A stretch of DNA of 64,000 bases, from positions 39,295,017 to 39,359,016 of the forward strand of contig NC_052154.1 in NCBI RefSeq assembly GCF_902713615.1. The letters run 5' to 3'. Each line of letters opens with the position of its first letter. Positions within the stretch are counted from its first letter, which is position 1. The position numbers and the translations under genes are program-made. Below the pieces are notes generated by a model. That model did no database searches, was not told the origin of the DNA, and worked only from the letters and a program-made list of their open reading frames with translations. Source of the stretch: Scyliorhinus canicula (taxonomy: Eukaryota). This document shows, one piece after another, positions 36,101 to 47,700 of the stretch.

Positions 36101-39100
36101 GCCACATTGGTTAATGCTAACTTTATCATGTTTACTCTAACGATTGAAGAATAAAACTGATGCTCGGCCCAATCACTTGCTTGGCAAGACACACACAAGC
36201 AAACTGCAGCGTAAGGACATCCGAATAGTTACCTCTTTTTTGTTTCACAAAACGCCAAGCACAAGTCACCAACAGCTGGCACATAACTGCCTGAAATGGA
36301 AGTTTCCTTTCCCAGGGCTCTTTGGTTAATTTCATTCTCTAAAGCGCAAAGCCTAATGGAACAGAAAAATAATCTTGATCTTACTATTTTCAGCCATTTG
36401 TCAATTTCATTTTGAATTTTGCACCTATGGGGCAAGATGGAAAACCATTTTATAAATCCTTAATTTAAAAAAAAATATTTTTAAGGTTTTGCAGAATTTT
36501 TCATAATAAAATAGTAGTAACAATAATAACAAAACAATTCTTAACTGTACCAGTACAATATTATTTACTTACGCTTCCCGTGTTTCCACCAACTGCACGT
36601 AGAATTGCTTTGGACTATGAAATTCAGAAATTATGACTGAATAGTAGTTTCCATCATTCTTGAGAATGGCATATTCTAACTTCTTGTCGTAAAGTGGCCT
36701 ATAAAACAAATCATAACACTTGCACAAAGTTTGATTTCACAGATTACTATTAGAAATAGTCAAAATGGAAGAAAATTCTTCAAGCAGCACATTCTTATTA
36801 ATTGTGGTACATAGGTAAACATGGTAACTACTCTTTTCATCAATGCCAAGCAAACCAGTCATGAGATTATGTTTTGTGTTAGTATTGGTTTCAGGAGGAA
36901 CATCGAACAGGATATTTGGCACTGTATAATGTCCCTCTGAATTACTGAGGCAGACTTTGGAGTTTTTATTTTGATTATGAGCACAAATTCCTGATATCTT
37001 GCTAATTTGAATATACACCTCTAATCTTAAAAGCGCAAATGCACTACCAACTGAGCTAATCTCACAGATAGTGCAGTATGGTCATGGTATGATATGTGTC
37101 TTTCTAAATGATCCTCCTTTGCAGTGTAGTAGAGATATTTTCCCCAAATGTTAGGAATTTAAAAAGAATAAAAAGCAGCAATGAGAAAGAACCGCACTTT
37201 ATTAGAAAAAAACTCACCTTTGTGCTCAGGCAATCCATAACATCCAAAGAAATTTGCAAGCAACCTGGAAAGGGAAAGACCATCCAACTTCCGCTCGATA
37301 GAACTTAGAAACAGAATGGGATCTGAACTCTCATCTAACGACCTTGGCTTCATATCCTTGACTTAATTGAGCTAGTTCCACACATCTGTCACCCTTTGAG
37401 GAGTGCTTCCTAACTTTTCTTCTGAACAGTTTGGCTTCTGATTTTAAAGTTACATTCACTTGGCTAGAGAAAGTTCTTTATATAGCCCATCAATGCCTTT
37501 CAAATTCCTAAAATAAACTTTGACCAAATCACCCATTAATCTAATAATAATCTTTATTATTGTAACACTGCAATGAAGTTACTGTGAAAAGCCCCAGTCA
37601 CCATACCCCGGCGCCTGTTCGGGTACACTAAATTGGAGAATTCAGAATGTCCAATTCACCTAGCAAGCACATCTTTCAGACTTGTGAAGGAAACCAGAGC
37701 ATCCGGAGGAAACCCACGCAGACACGGAGAGAAAGTGCAGACTCCACACAGACAGTTACCCAAGCGGGAATCAGCTCACCTCTGATCCTGACAGCAGTCT
37801 TGCAATTTTACGCTTGGAACAGCTTTAATTGCTCTTAAGTTAGACACACACCCCATCCTGGATAAAAAGTCCCACCTTGGAGAGCTGCCAGCCAAGTGGA
37901 TGATGACAGATGTGCAGATCCCGTCGGAAACACTGCACCCAAGGAAACCCTCCCTAGACTGCCAACCGACCAGACACCAAAAATAGAGGATCATAGAATT
38001 TACAGTGAAGAAGGAGGCAATTCTGCACCGGCCCTTGGAAAGAACACTCTACTTAACCCACCCTATTCCCATAACCCCACCTAACCTTTTGGACACCAAG
38101 GGGCAATTTAGCATGGTCAATCCACCTAACCTGCACATCTTTGGACTGTGGGAGGAAACTGGAGCACCCGGAGGAAACCCACGCAGACACGGGAGAAAGT
38201 GCAAACTCCACACAGACAGTCACCCAAGGACAGAATTGATTCCGGGACCCTGGAGCTGTGAGGCAACAGTGTTAACCACTGTGCCACCCCAGGATACTAT
38301 GGTCAACCTCACCACAAAAGTTCTGGCAGCATAAAAACAGTCAGAGGGAGACACAATTCAGGGTAAATGACTGACTCCTCTCCCCCCACCTCCAAGGGAG
38401 TGCTCGACAAACTCCTGTTCTCAACAGGTTAAAACACAACTTGCCTGGGCCCCAAGAATAAGCGCAGCCTAAAGAAAAAGATTAGATCGGACTGTGGGGA
38501 CGGTCCTCGAACATAGTGAGGACAGATCTAACCTCATCACCCACACCCTCCACCCTGCTCGGCTCATCCTGCCCCCAGGATACAAAAGGATAAAGAAACT
38601 GTGCACAAATTCAGCTTAACATAATGCAAACTTATTCATTTAGGATAATTGATTGCCACCCCCAAAAACTTCACCTTCCTGCAAGCAGATAAAGTAACAT
38701 TAACAGACATCATGATTATCAGGGCGTAAAGTCCAGGGTCAATTGAGGAGCGAGGCCATCACCAGGATAAAAGATCACTCCATTGACGCACAAAGAAAGT
38801 AGACATCAAGGGAAAACAGGAGAGCATCCTTCAGGATCTTCCAGGGATTTCAGCGATCGGAATACGAGATTCAGTACTTCCAGGCTGCAAACTCGACCGG
38901 GCCCAGGCAATCAACAACTTAGGCTCCCGCAGGTTGGGGGAAAAACGGCCTGGCGGGCTCAGGTAGTTTCCACTCCTCTTGGCCGACACCAGGAACAAGA
39001 CCACATAGAGCCAGAGGTTGGAAGGCCACCCCAATCCCAGGCTTTGAAGATGGGATTAAATGTGCTCCAGATCGAGATTCCCAAAACATGGCAGCCAGTT

Positions 39101-42100
39101 CTCAAACCCGGCCTAAGGGATTTTCACAGTAACTTCATGCAGTGTTAACGTAAGCCTACTTGTGACAATAATAAATATTATTATTATTAGAAACTCTCCA
39201 CCATCTCATCTGAGACATCAGGCTCAGCAGGGCTTCACACTGGTTCCCCCATGCCCTCACCCCTCAGGATGGACAACAGTTCATGCAACAGAATCGCAAC
39301 TATGCGGTGCTGGGCTCATACCAAGAATGGTCTCTCTGTTACAAGAACTTCCTCATGTGCGACCACTGCTTCACAAAGACACCTTGCACCTCCTGAAACT
39401 GGGTTTTGATGACTTGTATTGCAAAACTAAGCCATTCATCGCTTGCAGCCATCATCCGCCGGTACCGTCAGGACGGTACCACCATACCGTCAGGACGGGA
39501 ATCCTCACAAAACTAGCTGCGCCAAAAACAAGCCCCACCTTCTTCCAGCTGCCGTAAATCAACAAGGATTAATGCCTTTTAATTCGACTCAATAAAGCGG
39601 AGACACTGACCAATAACTCTTGATACTTTGCACTAACCATGCAGATCAAGACATAAAAAGGTGTCCACAAGGATAAAAATAAAGATTGAAAGATGAGCAG
39701 AGCCAGAGCTTGCAAAAATGCAGATGTTCCGCTCTCACATCATGTGATCCCTCAGATCTTTTTAAACTGTTACCACAGCATCAATGTCCTCCATCAGCAT
39801 ACTTGTGGAGTGCATGATTAGGACTTTTGTGATGGATGGGAAACCAGAGAGAAAGGTCACAAGAATAAGATTGGGGTTTGGGAAGCAGAGATTTGGACTG
39901 AGAGGGTGTTAGGAGGCTGAGACTGGACAAGGTTAGGTGAGGGAAACAGAACATGTTGGGGGAGGTGGGTGGAGTAGTGGTGTCCACACTGGACTCAGCA
40001 TTTCTTGTACAGGAGCCTCAGCAACAATATCTGCGCTCCTTATTTTGGGTAAAATGTGAAAGATTGTTTTCACTTCTAGGTATATGGGAATGGAGACTGA
40101 GGACTCACACTATGCTCAGGAAGCAGCAGTAGTTCCAATACATGAAGGAGATGCAGGAGGTTACAGACCGAGTACGACCCACACGTGGTGCTGTGCAGCC
40201 AAGAGGAGTACTCCTGCTTCTTCATTGTCAACTGAGAGAGGTTTATTGGAAGATGAAATTTTCCAACCAATTCTACAGTGCCCTTCAAAGGACTGCTGGA
40301 GAACTGGTTAAACTAATTGGAGCTTGTGTGGCACAAGGTCCACCTAGTTTCTCCAGCACATTTTACAAGAGGATCCTGAAATAAGTACAGGATCCATCCC
40401 TGAATATTTAATTTGATCCAAAGCCGATTTCAGAAAGTGCTAGGTCCACCTAAAAATAGCATCTCCAGTAATTGGTATACATAGTGCTAATTTTAGGCCC
40501 AAAAAATGGGTGAAATTTATACTAATTTTTACCGTGGCATGTTCAAAGTGTTTTGCTGAATATGGCCTATGTTTAGCACCAGGATGTTGATCCGATCATG
40601 CAAATCAGGAGTTTGACATTCCTGACGCAGACGGTTCTGAATGAGGAAGTATGTTTCTCATGTTAAATTGAATAGTTGTAATTTATTGATCACAACTAGA
40701 TCGATTAGAAAGTCATTTTTAATAGCATAGCAACTTACTGCTTCAGGGGAGAATCCTCATCAGTCAAACAAAGTCCAGCTATCCTACAGAGTTCTTTCAA
40801 CTGTTCAATGTGCTCTGCATTATCTGTTCCAAATCCAGAATTCATGATTTCTGAGCGAATGTTATATTCCAATATTGTGGTCTTCAGATCAGTTAATTTA
40901 GCCATGTGTACCTCAACAAGAAATATCAATCATAAAAACACTTCTGATTCACACAATATAGAATATCTGGTTGCAAAAATGTACATATCAGATTTTATGG
41001 ATTTTAAGCCTATACTGAATAAATAGTTATTTTATATTGAATCTAACGTTGTAGACATTGATCTAAACCTAACTGTGAGTGTGCTTTGATTAATTAATCA
41101 ATGATAATCAGTAGTGACGTGTTGTCCAAATTAATCATCCGGTGTTTGGATTACAGCTCTGTATTTCCATTCTAAGTTAGACTACTAAAGGTAGTTTATT
41201 TTATTCAAAAGTCCTATTTTTAAAAAAAGTTGTTTATTTTATTCAGAAGTCGTATTTTTTAAAAAAAACTTAATTTGATGACCGTTGGAAAACAAACTCG
41301 GAAAAAGAATGGCCTTGTGTAAGGTGGTCAACTGCAGTGTGGTCATCAGGAGATGGAGTTTGATTGATAAACATGCCAGCTAATTGATGACAGTTGGGAA
41401 GACACCATCAAAAATATGTAAACATCTTGGATTGTGAAGTCTGCAAAACCTTGTAGTGCCTGTGAGAATTGATAAGGACGTTTGTTTACAGACCTGTTGA
41501 GAAAGTCTGAACAACGTCTCAAAAAGATGGAATGGAGCAAGAAATTTGGCTCAAAGGGTCTTGTTTCCAGGATTCGGTGCTGCAGCCGGAGTGGAATAGC
41601 CAACCACTGGAGACTACGGGAGGAAAGGCCAAAAATGGAATGACTGACCTTGGTGCCCACCTGTTATAAGGTTATTTGGACACTTGGTGATGTATGAACT
41701 AAGGGGAATTGCACCAAATTAAGTTCCTGTCGTAGAACAGAATAAGTTGGGGTTATCCATTTTGGGAAGCTGTTGTGAACAGACCAATTTGGGGTTAATG
41801 TTTATAATATATCGTATGTAGAATTATCTTTCTTTGTTCCTTTTAACATACAAAATGTCTTCTTTCAATAAATATTTTTTCTTAGTTCTTCCACATTATC
41901 AATTCTAATTATATATAAATGTTATAATTGTTACTCAACAAAATTATTGTTTTAACACATAACTGGCATTGTCACTCATTCCTGTTACGTGCAGAGTACG
42001 GCTCTGGACGCAAGCGAGACTCCAAAGGGACTCCTTACAATGGCAATCTCAATGGCAACAGCTGTCTGTAAAATGTATATACAGACTCCTAGAACTAAGT

Positions 42101-44698
42101 AGGTTACACTTGATCCATCACTTTCTTATGGATTTCTATCTTTACATTTGAGAGTTTTCTCCAGTCAAATTGTTGTTTTTCTTTTTTTCTTATTTTATAA
42201 ATTTAGAGTACCAATTCATTTTTTCCAATTTGGGGCAATTTAGCATGACCAATCAACCTAGCCTGCACATCTGGCTTATGGGGGCAAAACCCACGCAAAC
42301 ACAGGGAGAAAGTGCAATCTCCACACGGAGTGACCCAGAGCCGGGATTGAACCAGGGACCTTGGCACCGTGCGTCAACAGTGTTAACCACTGTGCTGCCC
42401 TTGGTTTTTCTTTTAATGGCTTTCCATCTTACTTCCTTGTTCCCGACTATACAGTGCCTGCAGTCCTAATCAACAGCCTCTGCCACCTCTACTGAACTTC
42501 GACTGTCCATTGCTAGGATGAAAATATCCTTTTTCAAACACCTAATTGACTTCCAAGAATTCCGTTCAAATTCTATGGTTACATATAATTAAGTTTTCCA
42601 TTAAGCATTTAAAAGTAAAGATAATTGCATACGTGAGCAAATTAAGTAGGAGCCGCTTCAAAAATAAACTTATTTGGAACAGTACATTTAGCTTTGAGAT
42701 TTAATTTCTCATACTCACTACAGTATTCAGCCATAAAGTATTACCAAGAGCAAGAACAATTTTGGCGTTGAGTGATTTATTGCTGATCTTTTGTTTAATA
42801 AATCTGGAAACCTGTTAAAAATCAGAAAGTTTCAAGACAAAAACTACACTTCGAATCATACCGTTCTCGGACACCGGCTAATTCATAAAATGGGCTCCAA
42901 ACTGCTTACATACCAAGATAACAAATCAAATATTCATTATGAAGGTCAGAATTCTTGCAGTTAGAATTGATTAATTATTCAGTTTCTCATTTTCCAAAAC
43001 AAGAATAAAATATACTGCATTATAAAATGAGGTTATGGGCTGGGGAAGGAGTACAAGTTTTCAACCACTTCAAAATGATGAAAAAAGAAATGAAGGTCAA
43101 CAGCGCTCACTTTTATCACTAGAAACATCGAACAATTCAGATGCATCTTTTTAAATGAAGCCCAGATGAAGAATAAAGACCAAACATCTTTTAACTGTTA
43201 CCTGTGGAAAAACACTCTTTATGAGATTGACATTCTCAACTGCTATATTAGTCATCCCAGTGGTTTCCATCAATGAAGCAGCTAATCCGTACCGAATTAT
43301 GTCCAGATTAATGCTGTGAATTTTTACACTTTTGGAATGCTTTCAACTGCCTTCCCACATCACTTAACAATCCTTGCAAACATTGTGGGCGAGACTTTCA
43401 TTAATTATTCAGGCAGAATTCAGACTGAAATGCTCTGAGGTGAAACAGAAACTTACTAACCTGTTCCATCAGTTTCCTTATGTGAATTACTACATAATTT
43501 TTTTAATTCAGGAGCAGAGCTGAGCGGGAGAAATCCGGAGTGCAGTCTGGGAAGATAAGTGATATAAAACAACTTACCTCAGGGATCTGCGGCCTTCACA
43601 TCATGAGCGGAGCTGAACAGGAGAAATCCGGAGTGCAGTCTGGGAAGATAAGTGCTATAAAAAAAAACTTACCTCATGATGCACTGTCAATTATCATAAT
43701 ACAAGAATGAATGGTGGAACAATCGAGGCTTTATTGAACGACATATTGTGCCTCCTGTAGCTGGAAGCAGAATGGCGTCAGCATGGGCGAGCACACACAT
43801 TTATACGCCGCCAGCTGGTCGGTGCCAGCAGGCAGGGATTTACCAACATACATCTAATATACGGACAGTGCCGTAATACATATAATATACCACTAGTGAT
43901 GTTAACCACACCTGAAATGAAATGAAAAAATGAAAATCACTTATTGTCACGAGTAGGCTTCAATGAAGTTACTGTGAAAAGCCCCTAGTCGCCACAATCC
44001 GGCGCCTGTCCGGGGAGGCTGGTATGGGATGGTACCTCAGAGATCTGTGGCCTTCATGTCGGGAGCAGAGCTGAGTGGGAGAAATCCGGAGTGCAGTCTG
44101 GGAAGGTAAGTGATACTCTGTGCCTGTATCTCTCTCTCTGCATTTTCAAATTGTGGGGGGGAAAAAAAAAACTGAGAAGTAACATCACAGTAAAGCTATG
44201 ACCTGATTGGCTGGTAGGGAATCAGTGTTAAATTTAAAAAGCCATTGGAGAAACTAATTCATTAACTTGACAGAGGAGTAACTAAACCTGAGGGAGGAGA
44301 TTAGTATTTAGCATTTAATGCCACAATACCAAAACAGCTCTCAAAATCACAAATGTCATAATATCAGGCTGTGAGAATGGTCAACTAATCCTCCACATCC
44401 TTGGCCTGCCCGCAGTCTTGTACAGAGTGAATGCAACATTCTCCTCCAATGCCTCTCCACCATCAATCTTCTGGGTGGGACTGCACTTGCCCAATTCTAT
44501 TCTTATCTAATCTTAGTCATTGAATCACCATCAATCGCTTCTTTTCTTGCTCCTTCAATATTACTTTGATGCCAGCAAGAATCAATCCTTGGTCCTCTCA
44601 TAATTCTCGTTTGCACGTTTCATGTAAGTAGCTAGCAAGCTTAAAGTCAATGGGAACCGGAGTGGTGGTGGTGGGTGGGTGGGGGGGGGGGGGGGGGG

Positions 44699-44744
<46 letters not shown>

Positions 44745-47700
44745 AGAGTGATACTTAACACACAGGAAGATGGTTGTGGTTGTTGTGAGGTAAATCATTT
44801 CAGGCTCAGAGCACTACTACATGAGTTTCTTCAAGTAGTGTCCTTGGCCCAGCCAGTGCAGCTGTTTCATCAATAATCAGCCCTCCATTAAAAGGTCAGA
44901 AGTGGGGATATTTGCTGATGATTGCACGATGTTCAGCACTATTTGCTACTCTTCAGGTCCTGATGCAGTCTGTGCCCACACGGAATAAGACCTGATCCAT
45001 GCTTGATCCGACAACAAGGGACACATCCCGAGAGTACATTATCAGCTGGGAAACATTATTTCCACCAAAATTATCTCGCAAAATGTAGGAACATCTGAAA
45101 TTGTGGACCTCCAAATGTCATAATGCAGCTTTTCAAACACAAATGTTTACTCCTTACCTGTGGATTCCAATCCATTTCATTGTCAATAGGTTTTACTCGA
45201 CATATAATAAATTCGACAACCTGTGGTGGCAGACCCTGAAATTTGGCAGGTAGTTCGAGCAGCTGTTTCTGCATCACTTGTCCAGTTTGCCCAATGTCAA
45301 TGTACTTTATTCTTGCATTACTGAGAACTGCACTCTCAGTCTTCTGTGACAATGCTATTAACTGTACCCTTAAAACATAACAATAATATATTTGTTATGA
45401 ATTTGAAAGTTTTATTAAAGCCATGTGCTTATTTATCATTTTACAGAGGCAGTCAGAGGAAGGATCTATAATTAGTATATTACGAATCTTGAATATGATG
45501 CACACTTCCAATCTACGTTAGATTTATTAATGTCACATTTTTCAATCAAAATATTATAATGACGAAACTCTCTTTCAAAACTTCATCATCATCATGAAAA
45601 TCATTTATTCAAAGTACTAACTCCAGGATTATTCTTCTCTCAGGCGACAGAACATCAAATCACCCAGATCTGTACACTACTTTTTCATTTTCAGGAAGCA
45701 GGAAGTTTCAAAAGGGGAAGAGAAGCATAGTAAGAATGTCCCTTTTCACACAAAGGTTATTGGAAATCTGAAACTCTATTTCCAAAAGGCTTTGAATGCA
45801 GATGCTAAAATTGATACTTTTGTTAGCTAACTGTATCAAGTAAATAAGGTACTAAGACAGGTAAATGGAGTTGATGTATAGTTTATTCATGATCCAATAG
45901 ACAGCAGATAAGGCTGTAGAAACTGAATGATCCATCTCTAATTCTATGTTCTAATGAAACACAAAGCCTAGAAGCTACACTTTCTCCACATCCAATTTTC
46001 ACGATGACAAGTTTTCTGCAGCAGTTGTTTCATACGGTATTACCATCGCATTACTCCAGTTATGGTATTCTGTTATGTTTAAAAATTACTCCTTCATTTT
46101 ACATTTTTCTGACTTGAGTTCTTCAAACTATGTTCTCCTTCAATTCCATTCCTACATCCAGCAATCTAGAAAGTGCAGTTTCTAGGCTTTGGTGGTTCAT
46201 AAGAACAGAGAAATGGAGGTAGGCCATTCAGTCCCTCAATCCTATATCTTTTCGTTGTTTCTTACAGCTCAATGAACTCCTCATTCCTCATATCCCTCCT
46301 ACTTTGATTGCCCAAGCCAAACTCCCCTCTCAGCAAGGCCAATCTGTTATTTATAAAATATCTTGTGGCTGTATCCTCAACAATAACCCACTAATCAGCT
46401 TTATGATTCTTAAAGGAATTACAGAATTTTATTACAAAATACAGGACCACTAATAGCACTTTCAGTTTTGGATCATATAATATCCACATTTTGTTATGAA
46501 TTGCAAATCACTAGTCTAATTTGTTAGAAAGATATATTACTGGTATTAATTTCTAGGTCATCGCATAGTTAAAAAATATTAAATTAATATGTGATATAGC
46601 CATATTGCATAATCTGAAATGTGTACCCAAAATTGTTCGAGATTATCAAAGGTTTGATAAATTTAATCTGGTTGATTAAAAAACGTAACCCCACAATCTC
46701 ATCTTCAAATTAAAAAATAAAGACTGTATTCAGCAGCCACAATACTTGCTGTTAAAAAGCTCCGGTCTGAATAACTGTTACTCCCTTGTTAAATTTTTTA
46801 CTGTCAACAATGAAAATTAAATTTCCCATTTTACCTGCTATATGTTTTTTCCTCCAATCCATATAGAGCAGAAACTACCAATTGCTCTACTGGTTTCCTG
46901 TGGTTCTCTTCTGAGTAGTAATCAGCCATATCTTTCAAAAGCATCAGATAGTCCTCTTCCATTGAAACAGGAGGATCCTCCCATTTACTTCTGTGATGAA
47001 TTATTCTACCATAATAACTGGTAGCATCACTGATACATGTTGGAGTAATCTAGGGAAGTTTAATTCCACATAAGAAGAAATCATTTTCATACTCAATATA
47101 ACAACATAATTATACATCTATCCTTAAGAAAAGAGATGACCTTGCAAGAGTGTGAGCAGCACAGATATTTCCTTCTCTTTGATGAACTCAATATATAGAA
47201 TATTTCTCATCAACTTTGTTGGATATTCACACTAGGAAAATTGGGATTTAGTGATTTTCTGCTCGTGATTTTCTGGCCAGTTGCATTTTGTGCAGCGCTC
47301 AAGAACTAGTGGACATTTCATGCATGGTCTCATTAAGGTCACAGGATGTTTGCAAAAAACACCACTATTTTTCCAGCTTTTGCCTCAAGCTGCAAAGCTG
47401 GTTTGAGATGAGAAGCTCTTGAATAGGTAGCGGGACTGGTAGGCTTTTTACAATTTATGCTTTTTCAGTGCTCACTTTCTAAGCACTGTTTTTCATTATT
47501 TTCTTTCTCAAAACAGGTTTTGGAATAGCTTTTTACAGGAAACGTTCTAACTTGTTACACTAGATTTTGAATGTGTTATCATCTCCTAAATCTGCACCCA
47601 TTTTCAGCTTTTGACACAGTTGACCTCTCCATCCCCCTCAGTGCCTGTCCTCCATTGCCCAGTTGGGCGGGACACCATTGAATTCCATTCCCATCTACCC

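Noticed and set aside
39461-39497. 9-bp palindrome GGTACCGTC-AG-GACGGTACC with local duplication
   Set aside because: It lies in a decayed repeat remnant and is probably a replication slippage product with no evidence of function.
41050-41960. Possible solo LTRs here and at about 51345-52560 and 56830-57360
   Set aside because: The composition is LTR-like, but termini and TSDs could not be established by eye.
43111-43201. Candidate extra exon (ttccacag...GTGAGC)
   Set aside because: It has an in-frame TAA and no homology, and the flanking exons join in phase without it. It could only be a poison exon, for which there is no support.
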